Shown: in pieces, positions 17,426 to 27,701 of the stretch | How positions within the stretch are numbered: the first letter of the stretch is position 1 | Layout of the letters: every line of letters starts with the position of its first letter | Assembly: GCA_964545165.1 (NCBI GenBank) | Contig: CAZJEQ010000001.1 | Coordinates: forward strand, 65,971-129,970 | Source: an uncultured Candidatus Saccharibacteria bacterium | GTDB taxonomy: Bacteria > Patescibacteriota > Minisyncoccia > Phycocordibacterales > UBA2100 | DNA length: 64,000 nucleotides | Reading direction: 5' to 3' | Notes under the pieces: generated by a model | The model's database searches: none | The model's input: only the letters and a program-made list of their open reading frames with translations | Told to the model about the DNA's origin: nothing | Position numbers and translations under genes: made by a program

Positions 17426-19081
17426 ATGAAGGAACAGCTGTCCGCATGCCTCATTGATGCACTGAAGCGTCTCGATATCGAGGCGACTTCTGTCGTGATC
17501 GAGCATCCAGGCGATCTAAAGAATGGTGATTATGCGACGAGCGCTGCGCTCCAATACGCGAAGCACGCGGGTACCAATCCGCGAGCACTCGCGGAGAAAA
17601 TCGTCGAAGCACTGGGTAGCGTAGATGGCGTCGCCAAGATCGAGATCGCAGGACCGGGCTTTATTAATTTCTATCTCGCGGCCGAGACGGTGGCTGCGAC
17701 GATCGAAAAAGCGCGCGCAGAAGATATGTGGGGCGCTAATACCACGCAGGCAGGGAAGAAGATCATGGTGGAGTACACCGACCCGAATCCCTTTAAGGAA
17801 TTCCACATTGGGCACTTAATGAGTAATGCGATCGGTGAGAGCATCTCACGTCTCTCTCAATTTTCCGGTGCTGAAGTAAGGCGCGCCAATTATCAGGGTG
17901 ACGTGGGACCGCACGTCGCCAAAGGCATTTGGGGCATCAAGAAGCTCGGTGCAGATCCGCATGATGCAAAGGCGCTCGGCAAGGCGTACACGACAGGTTC
18001 CGCCGCGTACGAGAGCGATCCCGAAGCCAAGGCTGAGATCGATGCCATCAACAAAAAAGTGTACGACCGCTCCGACGAAGAGATCAATGCCCTCTACGAT
18101 GCAGGGCGCACAGCGTCACTCGAGCATTTCGAAGAGATCTATGCATTGCTCGGTACGAAATTCGATCATTACTTTTTTGAGAGTGCGAGTGCACCGCGCG
18201 GCGTCGAAATCGTGAAGGCGCATCCCGAGGTCTTCGAGGAGAGCGAAGGCGCGGTCGTATACAAAGGGGAGAAGGTAGGGCTGCACACACGTGTCTTTCT
18301 CACCTCCAAAGGGCTCCCGACCTATGAGGCAAAAGATCTTGGTCTCACGCAGCTCAAGGCGGAGACCTGGGATTTTGATACATCGGTTATCGTCACGGCG
18401 AGCGAACAATCGGGATATTTCGAGGTGGTGCTCGCCGCGATGCGCGAGATTTTCCCAGAAATTGCCGCTAAGACGCAGCACGTCTCGCACGGCATGATGC
18501 GCTTTGCGGACGGCAAGATGTCGTCGCGTACTGGCAACGTCATCACCGGTGAATCACTCTTGCAGGATCTCGCGGAGGCAGCTACCGAGCGTGCTGCCGA
18601 GAGTCGTGCACATGATAAAGATGCGCTCGCACAGGAGGTCGCCGTCGCTGCGGTGAAATATCAGGTGCTGAAACAAGTCTCCGGCAAAGACATCATCTTT
18701 GATCGTGAGCGGGCGCTCTCGCTCGAAGGGGACTCTGGTCCGTATCTCCAATACGCTCACGCTCGTACGCATGCCATCGCCGAGAAAGCCAAGGAACAAG
18801 GCGTCGTTCCCATATATGGGCACGTAGATATTAACGATTTGGCACGTCTGCTAAATCGCTTTCCGGAGATCGTGGAGTACGCGAGTGAGATGCGCGAGCC
18901 GCATCTGCTCGCGACCTATCTGGTCGCCGTCGCCTCAGGATTTAATTCGTGGTACGCGCAGGAGCAGATCCTCGACGGCACACCCGCCGCTGCGCACAAA
19001 GTTGCACTCACCGACGCGGTGCGCAAAACCCTCAAAAACGGTCTCTGGATCCTCGGCATTCCTGCACCCGAGAAAATGTAA
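17426..19081 (+). CDS. argS: arginine--tRNA ligase
   Basis: Class I HIGH motif FHIGHLMSNAIGES. Add-1 N-domain. DALR anticodon-binding C-terminus. Track ORF from 17396 overlaps tmk. Confidence 0.9.
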   Translation: MKEQLSACLIDALKRLDIEATSVVIEHPGDLKNGDYATSAALQYAKHAGTNPRALAEKIVEALGSVDGVAKIEIAGPGFINFYLAAETVAATIEKARAEDMWGANTTQAGKKIMVEYTDPNPFKEFHIGHLMSNAIGESISRLSQFSGAEVRRANYQGDVGPHVAKGIWGIKKLGADPHDAKALGKAYTTGSAAYESDPEAKAEIDAINKKVYDRSDEEINALYDAGRTASLEHFEEIYALLGTKFDHYFFESASAPRGVEIVKAHPEVFEESEGAVVYKGEKVGLHTRVFLTSKGLPTYEAKDLGLTQLKAETWDFDTSVIVTASEQSGYFEVVLAAMREIFPEIAAKTQHVSHGMMRFADGKMSSRTGNVITGESLLQDLAEAATERAAESRAHDKDALAQEVAVAAVKYQVLKQVSGKDIIFDRERALSLEGDSGPYLQYAHARTHAIAEKAKEQGVVPIYGHVDINDLARLLNRFPEIVEYASEMREPHLLATYLVAVASGFNSWYAQEQILDGTPAAAHKVALTDAVRKTLKNGLWILGIPAPEKM

Positions 19082-19120
19082 AACCGGCGCGTCGGAGACG
19101 CGCCGGTCGTGGCCTTTCCT

Positions 19121-19321
19121 TCACCTTGTTGATTTGCGAATCGACACGCTCTCTTGGCAGTGGAGCGAGCAGAAGTAGTGCGGCACGCCGTCGACGATCT
19201 TCGGCGGAAGTGCAGTGCGGAGTCCACATTTGTCGCACTCGTGCAGCTCGGGCGAATCATTGGCAAGCGGCGGGATTTTCGAGCCAAACGAGCCATACGT
19301 AGGCATCGCATCGTCTGTCAT
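19121..19321 (-). CDS. hypothetical small Zn-ribbon protein (HECDKCG...HYFCSLHC)
   Basis: Track ORF trimmed to MTDDAMPTYG. Four Cys/His arranged as a zinc ribbon. Confidence 0.35.
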   Translation of the reverse strand: MTDDAMPTYGSFGSKIPPLANDSPELHECDKCGLRTALPPKIVDGVPHYFCSLHCQESVSIRKSTR

Positions 19322-19422
19322 GACGGCCTCTTGTTGGTGAGGGGTGGTGGGGTAGCTTCGGGCAGCATACTCGCCAGTCAGTGGCATGCAACTCGCGCCG
19401 GAGAAGATGTAGCGCAGCTCTA

Positions 19423-20448
19423 CTATGAGCGTTTTCTGAACAGATTATCAGCTGCTTGCCGATTCGGCATAGCATCGAGTATGGGTGCAAATTCTGCCAA
19501 GGCCGCTCTGCGATCTTCTACTGCGTCAATCAGCTTCATAGTATTCGGAAATCTGGATTTCATACGTGCGCCGAACATTTGCTCCTCGAGGATGAACTCC
19601 CTTACCCCCATCCGCAGTCTATTGGCTAAATCCTCCAGCCCCATCCCACGCAAGAGCTCCGGCTTATCTCCAACCTGTTCAAGTGGCCGCAGGACCCTGA
19701 TGAGGTAGTGCTTCATGCCCTCCAATAGGGTGACCTGTTCGGCTTCAAACTTCTGTATTTCGGCGTTGATCTCAGGCGATCCATTAATCGTATTTCTCAG
19801 CGATGATCGCAACCATTTCTCACTCAGCGAATCGATTTTGCCACGTAGTGTTTTAAGCACATCAAACGGACGTTCCCAAGCGGATGCATCCGGGAAAACG
19901 TTGAACATACTGCTTTGGCTCAGTGGATTTTCTACAGCACCAAAAATGTCGGCACGCATCGCACTCATCGCTTCAGCCTCCTGTGAAAGCGCCGTTTGTT
20001 TTCTGAGGTCGGAAAGGAATTGCCATTCCTGCGCGCGGCATGCTACGGCAGCATCCAAGAGCTCATAGCCGCTTCGAGCCACGTTTCTTTTCCGGATAGC
20101 CGTGTCCGCGCGGCTCATTCCTCGGCCTTGTACTTCTTGCACGATTTTCCCGAGACCGCTCTTGATGAATATAAATCCCTGCAATTGATCGTTCTCGAAT
20201 CTTTTGATCTTGTAATCGATCTCCGGAGTCGCCTTTATGACACTAGAGAGCAACTGGACGGATAGATCCTTCGAGAATTCGTTGGCCTTTTCCGCTGCGC
20301 TTTTCAAGTCTGCAAGGTCAGGATTCGGAGGCGCGCTTGGTTGAGCGAGCGCCTCACCGCCGATTGCCATAGTCGTGCCGGCGGCAGCGGCACCTTTCAT
20401 AAACAACCGTCTGCCCATCTTTTCCGGACCGTCGAGACCCTCTTTCAT
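19423..20448 (-). CDS. hypothetical secreted protein with twin-arginine-like signal (MGRRLFMKGAAAAGTTMAIGGEALA), alpha-helical, lower-GC
   Basis: Track ORF 426 aa trimmed to MKEGLDGPEKMGRRLF. Divergent from the helicase gene. Confidence 0.5.
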   Translation of the reverse strand: MKEGLDGPEKMGRRLFMKGAAAAGTTMAIGGEALAQPSAPPNPDLADLKSAAEKANEFSKDLSVQLLSSVIKATPEIDYKIKRFENDQLQGFIFIKSGLGKIVQEVQGRGMSRADTAIRKRNVARSGYELLDAAVACRAQEWQFLSDLRKQTALSQEAEAMSAMRADIFGAVENPLSQSSMFNVFPDASAWERPFDVLKTLRGKIDSLSEKWLRSSLRNTINGSPEINAEIQKFEAEQVTLLEGMKHYLIRVLRPLEQVGDKPELLRGMGLEDLANRLRMGVREFILEEQMFGARMKSRFPNTMKLIDAVEDRRAALAEFAPILDAMPNRQAADNLFRKRS

Positions 20449-20514
20449 ATGAGAGCAATCATACACCCGTGGTGTAAACCGTTGGGGAAAAGGTGGCTGG
20501 GGTAGAATGGCTCG

Positions 20515-22083
20515 ATGAAGCAGGAAGATGCACTCACGATACTGAAGACCGGGATGAATGTCTTCCTCACCGGCGAGCCGGGGAGCGGCAAGACGCACAC
20601 CATCAATCGCTACATCCAATGGCTGCGCGAGCGGGGTATCGAGCCTGCAGTCACCGCCTCGACGGGCATTGCGGCGACGCACGTCGGCGGACACACCATC
20701 CATTCGTGGAGCGGTATCGGAGTGAAGAGCAAGATCACGGATTGGGATGTGGAGATGATCGAGCAGCGCGAGAAGACGGCGCGAAGGATTATTGATGCCA
20801 AGGTCCTCATTATCGACGAGGTCTCGATGCTCGACGCCGACACACTCGCGAGCGTCGATAAGGTGCTGCGCATCCTTCGCCGCCGACCCGCGAGCGAGGG
20901 CCAGCCATTTGGCGGACTGCAGATAATTTTTGTCGGCGACTTCTTCCAGCTGCCACCAGTTTCCCGTGGATCACGCGCGGTCTTTGCATTTGAGAGCCCG
21001 GCATGGCGCGAAGCCAACCCGGTGGTGTGCTATCTCTCTGAGCAGCATCGCCAGGAGGACCCGGATTTTCTCGATCTCCTCGGCGCGCTGCGCAGTGGCG
21101 AATTCGGCATCACACATCTCAATCGTCTCAAATCACGCATGGGTATTTCGCCGAAGCAGGAAGTAGCGACGCGACTCTACACGCACAATGCCGATGTGGA
21201 TCGCATCAACGCCGATTCGCTCCGTGCTATCACGGGCGAGGGCAAGCGCTACGTGATGACTTCGCGCGGCGCATCCGCGCTCGTCGAGACGCTCAAGAAA
21301 AATTGCCTCTCACCGGAGACGCTCGATCTCAAGGTCGGCGCGGCCGTGATGTTTACGCGCAACAATTTTGAAGAAGGGTACGTCAATGGCACGCTCGGCG
21401 AAGTCGTCGGATTTGCCGCGAGCGGGTACCCCATCGTGAAGACCAAGGCAGGGAAGCGCATCGAGGCAGTGCCCGGCGAGTGGAGCATCGCCGATGGCCC
21501 GAAGATTCTCGCGCAGGTAAAACAGGTGCCGCTGCGCCTTGCGTGGGCCATCACCGTACACAAATCACAGGGCATGTCGCTCGATAGTGCGATCATCGAT
21601 CTCGGCTCGGCATTTGAATTCGGACAGGGCTATGTGGCGATCTCGCGCGTGCGCTCGCTGCAGGGTCTTTTTCTCGAGAGCTTCAACGAGCGCTCGCTCC
21701 AGCTGCATCCCAAAGTCGTCGGCAAAGATCATCTCTTCCGCCAGGCAGCAGCGGCTGCGCGGCAAAAATTCGCATCGCTCACACGCGAGGAGAAAGCCAA
21801 GCTGGAAGAAAATTTCCTCCGCGCGATTGGTGCACGCGAACCAAGCGTTGTGACCAAGGTGAAAGAGGCTGCGCGATCGAGCATAGAAATACTGCGCGAA
21901 AAATATCCCAACGTCGGCAAGCCCTGGAGCAAGGCCGACGACGACCTCCTCACCGCGATGCACAAGGCGGGGAAGGTGACGGCAGAGATCGCCAAACAAT
22001 TTGGCAGAAAGCCCTCTGCCATCACCGCGCGCCTCGGCCACCTGGGGCTCATCGAGACCTTTTGGAAACCCAAAAAGAAGTGA
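20515..22083 (+). CDS. PIF1/RecD-family ATP-dependent DNA helicase with C-terminal HTH-like tail
   Basis: GEPGSGKT Walker A, IIDEVSM, FVGDFFQLPPV, VHKSQG motifs. TAGAAT box 6 nt before the ATG. Confidence 0.8.
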   Translation: MKQEDALTILKTGMNVFLTGEPGSGKTHTINRYIQWLRERGIEPAVTASTGIAATHVGGHTIHSWSGIGVKSKITDWDVEMIEQREKTARRIIDAKVLIIDEVSMLDADTLASVDKVLRILRRRPASEGQPFGGLQIIFVGDFFQLPPVSRGSRAVFAFESPAWREANPVVCYLSEQHRQEDPDFLDLLGALRSGEFGITHLNRLKSRMGISPKQEVATRLYTHNADVDRINADSLRAITGEGKRYVMTSRGASALVETLKKNCLSPETLDLKVGAAVMFTRNNFEEGYVNGTLGEVVGFAASGYPIVKTKAGKRIEAVPGEWSIADGPKILAQVKQVPLRLAWAITVHKSQGMSLDSAIIDLGSAFEFGQGYVAISRVRSLQGLFLESFNERSLQLHPKVVGKDHLFRQAAAAARQKFASLTREEKAKLEENFLRAIGAREPSVVTKVKEAARSSIEILREKYPNVGKPWSKADDDLLTAMHKAGKVTAEIAKQFGRKPSAITARLGHLGLIETFWKPKKK

Positions 22084-22117
22084 TAGATTGGGGACCGCTA
22101 ATCACGAGAGGTGGCGA

Positions 22118-22444
22118 ATGGTCGACAATCAATTGCGTGCACGAGTGGAGCGTGAGTTGGGACTCCTCTTCGATGAGGTGCTCAAAGGCAACGAGCAGTA
22201 CGGGCTCTACGAACGTCGGGACAAGCTCTTCAGGAGCCTGGAAGGTGTTGTGTTCTTCCGCAAGACGATACAGCACACGACCCCGATCGACATTGATGTG
22301 GTGGAGCGCGGCGACAAGCTCTTCCTTGTGGCCCGGTACTTCGACAAGGTGGGGACGTTCATCCCGACGCCGAAGGACATCGAGGCGACGCCGACGAACA
22401 TCCGCAGTCTCAAGTCCCACCTCGCCTATGCACTGACGTGCTGA
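22118..22444 (+). CDS. hypothetical protein (108 aa)
   Basis: ATG at 22118 with GAGGTGG SD. Followed by terminator hairpin at 22466-22506. Confidence 0.45.
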   Translation: MVDNQLRARVERELGLLFDEVLKGNEQYGLYERRDKLFRSLEGVVFFRKTIQHTTPIDIDVVERGDKLFLVARYFDKVGTFIPTPKDIEATPTNIRSLKSHLAYALTC

Positions 22445-22522
22445 TGCGCACGGAGGTGACGAACAAAAAGCCCGGCTAGATCCATGCCGGGCTTCGTCTT
22501 TTGTGGTATCGTACGGACACAT

Positions 22523-25372
22523 ATGGCAGAGAAGAAGGGGGCTGATTTCTCCCGACCCACAGATGCAAACTCCAAGTCCTCAGTAGCGCTTCGCGAAGAA
22601 GCGACGCAGCAGTGGTGGGAAGAAAACCGCATTTTTGAAAAGTCGGTCGAGAAGCCCGCCATCCACGGCGATTACGTCTTCTACGATGGGCCGCCCTTTG
22701 CCACGGGCCTCCCGCACTACGGGCACATCGTCGCGAGCGTGATCAAAGACATCGTGCCGCGCTACTGGACGATGCGCGGCTATTCGGTGCCGCGTGTGTG
22801 GGGCTGGGATTGTCACGGCCTCCCGATCGAAAACATCGTCGAGAAGATGCTCGGCTTTAAACACAAAAAAGACATCAAGGAGTACGGCGTCGAGAAATTC
22901 AACGAGAAGTGTCGCGACCAGGTGCTGACCTATGCGCACGAGTGGGAGAAGATCATTCCGCGTATCGGCCGCTGGGCGGATATGAAAAACGCGTACCGCA
23001 CGATGGACAAGCCATTTATGGAATCGGTGTGGTGGGCATTCAAAGAGCTGTACGACAAGGGTCTCGTCTACGAGGATTATCGCGTGATGCACGTGTGTAC
23101 TCGCTGCGAGACGACGCTCTCACAGACAGAGGTCTCCGAAGGGTACAAAGATGTGAAGGACATCGCGGTGACGGTGAAATTCAAGGTAGTTATGGAGGGT
23201 CAAACGCTCGGCCTTAATTTGACGCCAAATACGTACATTCTTGCGTGGACAACAACGCCGTGGACGCTGCCGGGCAACGTCGCTCTTGCTGTGAACTCGA
23301 GCATTGAATACGGTGCTTACGAAAAAGATGGCGAGACGTTCATTGTTGCTGTGAACAGAGCATCTACCTATGGGTTCGAAAATCCAAGAGTTACATGGCC
23401 GGGAAGTCAGTTACGCGGCGTCGCGTACGAGCCGATATTTGATTATTACGCCAAGGACGAGACGCTGAAAAATCGTGAGAATGGCTGGAAGGTCTATGCA
23501 GCGGACTTTATAACCGACGAAAATGGTACCGGCATCGCGCATGAAGCACCAGCATTTGGTGGCGAGGATTGGGAATTGGCCAAGCAGGTGAATCTACCGT
23601 TTGTGCAGCACGTCAACTACGACGGCACCATGAAAGCAGAGGTGACAGATTTTGCAGGAATGGACGTAAAGCCTCGATCCGATGACGACAAAGAGCGCCT
23701 TGGCACCGACATCGCTGTTTTGAAATACCTCCAAGAGCACGGATCGTTCTTCGCCAAAGAAAATATCGTGCACTCGTACCCACACTGCTGGCGATGCGAC
23801 ACACCACTCCTCAATTACGCGACCTCGTCCTGGTTTGTAAACATCACCAAGATGAAGAGCGATATCTTGGAAAATGCCAAGCCGATCAATTGGTCGCCAG
23901 AAAACATCAAAGAGGGTCGCTGGGGCAAGTGGCTCGACGGCGCGCGCGATTGGTCCATCTCGCGTCAGCGATTCTGGGCGTCGTGTATCCCGCTCTGGGT
24001 GTGTGAAAAGTGCAAAAAGCAGCGTGTATTTGGCTCAGCCAGCGAGCTGGAAGAGGCGAGTGCGCAGAGCGTGGACGACCTGCACAAGCACATCATCGAT
24101 AAAATCACCGTGCCGTGTGAGTGCGGTGGCACCATGCATCGCATTCCAGATGTCTTCGACACGTGGTTCGACTCGGGTTCCATGCCGTACGGCGAGAAAC
24201 ACTACCCATTTGAGAACAAAGATCGATTCGATGCGGGCTTCCCGGCGCAATTCATCGCCGAGGGGCTCGATCAGACGCGTGCATGGTTTTACTACATGCA
24301 CGTACTCGCGACCGGCATCTTCAATAAAAATGCGTTCCAGAATGTGATCGTCAACGGCATCGTCCTTGCAGAAGACGGCAAGAAGATGTCGAAGAAACTC
24401 CAGAATTATCCGGACCCGATGCTCATCGTAGATAAATACGGCGCAGATGCGCTGCGCTATTACCTCATGAGTAGCCCGGTGGTACAGGCAGAGAATTTGA
24501 ATTTTAGTGAGAAAGAAGTCGATGAGGCGCTCAAGAAAAATCTCGGCCGTCTCAACAACGTGCTCGCGTTCTACCAGCTCTATGCGAGTGACACACCGCG
24601 CGACTTTAGAAGTAGGAATGTGCTTGATCAGTGGATCGTGGCGCGCACCTCTGCGCTCATCGGCGAAATGACTGCTGGATTTGAGGCCTACCGCCTCGAC
24701 GAGGCAACGCGCCCACTCGCGCTCTTCATCGACGATCTCTCGGTGTGGTATGTGCGCCGCTCGCGCGATCGCTTCAAAGAAGATGGCGCAGACAAGCAGG
24801 CCGCACTCGCGACGCTCCGCTATGTGCTCCTCACACTCTCGAAGCTCATGGCGCCCGCGATGCCGTTTTTTGCCGAGCATCTCTTCCAGGCGGTTAAAGA
24901 AGGGGAGGATGAGGAGAGCGTGCACCTCGCCATGTGGCCCGAGCAGCCGAAACTCGATTTCGAGCCGGCGCAGGTGCTCGCCTATATGTTTACGACTCGT
25001 GCCATCGTCTCCCAAGCGCTCGATCTGCGCGATCGTGCCAAGATCAAGGTCCGCCAGCCGCTCAATTCGCTGACGCTCCCCGAGGATCCGGGGCTCGCCG
25101 ACGGGTACGTCTCCATCATTCGCGATGAGGTCAATATTAAATTTCTCTTGATCGGCGATACGCTCGATCTCGATACTACAATCACTGAAGTCCTTCGCGA
25201 GGAGGGTGTCGTGCGCGATACGATTCGTGAAATCCAGGCTTACCGCAAGGAGCAGGGGCTCGCACCAGGGGACACGACGACCTATCAGTATGTGGGCGAC
25301 GAGGTCGCTGTCGTGAAGAAGCACCAGGCAGAGATAGAAAAGGCCACCTCGACTGAGATACAATTCGGCTAA
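22523..25372 (+). CDS. ileS: isoleucine--tRNA ligase
   Basis: HYGH (HIGH) and KMSKKL motifs. WCISRQRxWG-like WSISRQRFW editing-domain features. 950 aa. Confidence 0.95.
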   Translation: MAEKKGADFSRPTDANSKSSVALREEATQQWWEENRIFEKSVEKPAIHGDYVFYDGPPFATGLPHYGHIVASVIKDIVPRYWTMRGYSVPRVWGWDCHGLPIENIVEKMLGFKHKKDIKEYGVEKFNEKCRDQVLTYAHEWEKIIPRIGRWADMKNAYRTMDKPFMESVWWAFKELYDKGLVYEDYRVMHVCTRCETTLSQTEVSEGYKDVKDIAVTVKFKVVMEGQTLGLNLTPNTYILAWTTTPWTLPGNVALAVNSSIEYGAYEKDGETFIVAVNRASTYGFENPRVTWPGSQLRGVAYEPIFDYYAKDETLKNRENGWKVYAADFITDENGTGIAHEAPAFGGEDWELAKQVNLPFVQHVNYDGTMKAEVTDFAGMDVKPRSDDDKERLGTDIAVLKYLQEHGSFFAKENIVHSYPHCWRCDTPLLNYATSSWFVNITKMKSDILENAKPINWSPENIKEGRWGKWLDGARDWSISRQRFWASCIPLWVCEKCKKQRVFGSASELEEASAQSVDDLHKHIIDKITVPCECGGTMHRIPDVFDTWFDSGSMPYGEKHYPFENKDRFDAGFPAQFIAEGLDQTRAWFYYMHVLATGIFNKNAFQNVIVNGIVLAEDGKKMSKKLQNYPDPMLIVDKYGADALRYYLMSSPVVQAENLNFSEKEVDEALKKNLGRLNNVLAFYQLYASDTPRDFRSRNVLDQWIVARTSALIGEMTAGFEAYRLDEATRPLALFIDDLSVWYVRRSRDRFKEDGADKQAALATLRYVLLTLSKLMAPAMPFFAEHLFQAVKEGEDEESVHLAMWPEQPKLDFEPAQVLAYMFTTRAIVSQALDLRDRAKIKVRQPLNSLTLPEDPGLADGYVSIIRDEVNIKFLLIGDTLDLDTTITEVLREEGVVRDTIREIQAYRKEQGLAPGDTTTYQYVGDEVAVVKKHQAEIEKATSTEIQFG

Positions 25373-25944
25373 TGTATCAGAAGTACCACACCGAAGCGCT
25401 CATCTTGCAGGCGCTTGAAATCGGCGAAGCAGATAAGACCTTCGCGCTCTTTACACGCGATTTTGGCCTCGTCCGCGCTCGCGCGAGCTCGGTGCGCTCG
25501 GAAAAATCCAAGATGCGCTACGCGCTCCAGAATTTCGGACGCGCGAACGTCTCGCTCATCAAGGGGAAGCGCGGGTGGCGCTTGGCAGGTGCGAGTGCAC
25601 TGCAGAGTGCGACCGAGCTCAAATCCATTTCTGTCTTCGCGCGCGTCTCGACGCTCACACTACGTCTCGTACATGGTGAAGAGAAAAACGATTACCTCTT
25701 TGCGGCGCTCGCCGAAGCACACGAGGCCCTGATGCGTCGTGACGCGGAGATCCCGCACGCGACGATCGAGATCGTGTGCGTGGCACGTATCCTCTTTGCG
25801 CTCGGCTACCTCTCGACGGAAGCGCTCCAGAGCACACTCTTCACCCACACCGCCTACTCGATGGAGCACATTCTCGAAGCCGAAGAGATGCGCGAGGAAC
25901 TCCTCTCTTCGATCAACAAAGCCATTGCGGAGACCCAGCTCTAG
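25372..25944 (+). CDS. recO: DNA repair protein RecO (short form)
   Basis: N-terminal OB-fold pattern EALILQALEIGEADKTFALFTRDFGLVRARASSVRSEKSK...LQNF parallels E. coli RecO. TAATG overlap with the ileS stop. Confidence 0.55.
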   Translation: MYQKYHTEALILQALEIGEADKTFALFTRDFGLVRARASSVRSEKSKMRYALQNFGRANVSLIKGKRGWRLAGASALQSATELKSISVFARVSTLTLRLVHGEEKNDYLFAALAEAHEALMRRDAEIPHATIEIVCVARILFALGYLSTEALQSTLFTHTAYSMEHILEAEEMREELLSSINKAIAETQL

Positions 25945-25959
25945 CGGTACGCTCTTCAA

Positions 25960-26550
25960 ATGAACGAGCCGCTGCCGCTTTTTTCGACACAGAAACTCGA
26001 CACGATCCTCTCAAAAGATGAGGAGGCGTTTACGATTATGCTCGGCCTGGACGAAGGACTGGTTGCGCAACTCAAACAGCGCTCTTCAGATATTGCTGAT
26101 ACCGACCTGCAAGAAAATACGTCTGATTTTCAGCGATTTGGCGAGGGCTCGTATGAGGAGTGGTATGCCAAAGATCGCACCCCGTATGCCCTCACCGACC
26201 AGGCGGGGAAGCTTGCGGCGCTCGCGTGGTTTGGCCCCAAGCCACTCGGCAGAAAGTCGTTGCGGTATCTCTCAGCTGATGAGCGAGCCAAAGAATCCGA
26301 ACAAGAAGCAGGGGATTGGCACACGATTGTGTATCGCTCGTACAACCCGTTTCGCGGCAAGGGACTCATGACGCCGTTTATGAAATACGTGATCGCCGAC
26401 TACAAGCAACGGCATCCCGGTGCGAAGCTCTGGGCAGGCGTGAGTACAAAAAATGCGGCAAGCATGGCGCTGGCAACGAAATTTGGTTTTGTTATATCAG
26501 AAGAACATTCTGATCCGGATGCCGCGTGGTGTGCGATGATAGAAAAATAA
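25960..26550 (+). CDS. GNAT-family N-acetyltransferase
   Basis: Motif A FRGKGLMTPFMKYVI. TACGCT box 6 nt before the ATG. Confidence 0.5.
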   Translation: MNEPLPLFSTQKLDTILSKDEEAFTIMLGLDEGLVAQLKQRSSDIADTDLQENTSDFQRFGEGSYEEWYAKDRTPYALTDQAGKLAALAWFGPKPLGRKSLRYLSADERAKESEQEAGDWHTIVYRSYNPFRGKGLMTPFMKYVIADYKQRHPGAKLWAGVSTKNAASMALATKFGFVISEEHSDPDAAWCAMIEK

Positions 26551-26551
26551 T

Positions 26552-27700
26552 ATGGCGCGCGTAAAACTGAGCGAATACAAGGCGAAGAGTATATTGCTGG
26601 GTGATCAGTACCAGGGTTTGCAGCTGCGCTCGGGGGAGGTGTGGAATATGCCATCGCCCCCTTCGGTCGCCAAAGTCGATCAGGGTATCAAAAAGCGCAT
26701 GAAGCAGGGGCTCGTGGTCATCAACAAATCTGCGAGCGAGATGGAAAGCGCGATGCACGAATGGGAGGGCAAGGGCTTCTCGCAATTTCTCATTGAGCCA
26801 CTTCTGCCGCATGAGGGCAGCGAAGAGCAGTACCTCTCGCTGGAGCGCGTGCGCGAAGGAATCCGTGTGCTCCATGCTGCGGGCGGCGGTGTAGACATCG
26901 AAGAGCACCCTGAGAAGGTCGGACAGTACCTTATTCGTGAGTCGGCGGATCTCGCCGCGGTCGCCACGCAGATGCAGCTACCCGAGGATTTTCTGACGAA
27001 TCTCTATGAGCGGTTCAACAAAGATTTTTTCGCGTTTCTCGAGATCAATCCGCTCGTCGTGAAAGATGGTGTGGTGCATCTGCTCGACGCGGCAGTGCTC
27101 GTTGATAGTGCGGGAGAATTTTTCACCAAAAGCTGGGGAGGAGACGACGTGGTTCGTGCTGCCGCCAAGCACGAGGCTGAGGCGCGTGTGGAAGAACTTG
27201 CTGCGACGACACCCTCCTCGCTCAAGCTCTCGGTAATCAATCCCGACGGCGCACTCTTTTTCCTGCTCTCGGGTGGTGGTGGCTCCATCGTGATTGCCGA
27301 CGAAGCGCAGCTCGAAGGTGTCGGGGATTTGATGGGCAATTATGGCGAGTACAGCGGCGGACCGACTCGTGAGGAGACGTATCTGTACGCCAAAGAGGTG
27401 ATCGGCCTCATGCTCGGCTCGAAGGCCTCGAAAAAGGCGCTGATCATCGCGGGAGGCGTCGCGAATTTCACTGATGTGAAGAAAACTTTTGCGGGGATTA
27501 TTGATGCACTGAGCGAGGAGGCAGATGCGCTGCGCACTCAGGGCATCAAGGTCTTCGTGCGTCGCGGTGGTCCCAACGAAGCAGCAGGGCTCGCCTTGAT
27601 GAAAGACTTCTTGGAGAAAGAGCAGCTCCTCGGCTCTATGGCAGGTTCTGACGCAGTGATCACGAGCGCCATCGACGAGGCAATTCAATTCATCAAATAG
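26552..27700 (+). CDS. aclB: ATP-citrate lyase beta (small) subunit, ATP-grasp/SucC-like
   Basis: Blocks FLIEPLLPH, FAFLEINPLVV, NYGEYSGGPTREETYLYAKE, IIAGGVANFTDV, VFVRRGGPNEAAGL closely parallel the eukaryotic ACLY N-terminal region. Confidence 0.8.
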   Translation: MARVKLSEYKAKSILLGDQYQGLQLRSGEVWNMPSPPSVAKVDQGIKKRMKQGLVVINKSASEMESAMHEWEGKGFSQFLIEPLLPHEGSEEQYLSLERVREGIRVLHAAGGGVDIEEHPEKVGQYLIRESADLAAVATQMQLPEDFLTNLYERFNKDFFAFLEINPLVVKDGVVHLLDAAVLVDSAGEFFTKSWGGDDVVRAAAKHEAEARVEELAATTPSSLKLSVINPDGALFFLLSGGGGSIVIADEAQLEGVGDLMGNYGEYSGGPTREETYLYAKEVIGLMLGSKASKKALIIAGGVANFTDVKKTFAGIIDALSEEADALRTQGIKVFVRRGGPNEAAGLALMKDFLEKEQLLGSMAGSDAVITSAIDEAIQFIK

Positions 27701-27701
27701 T

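Noticed and set aside
22445-22522. T-box or other riboswitch leaders upstream of ileS, argS, glyQS, metG
   Set aside because: Upstream non-coding space is 3-80 nt, or the genes overlap their neighbours. This is too short for T-box architecture.
24035-25363. 442-aa minus-strand ORF
   Set aside because: Fully antisense to ileS, whose motifs are unambiguous. It has Arg/Leu-rich composition typical of high-GC shadow ORFs. The same applies to 28410-29468, 26978-27751, 32088-33173, 33500-34192, 35575-36117, 39193-39834, 41725-42456, 44751-45366 and 59134-59910.
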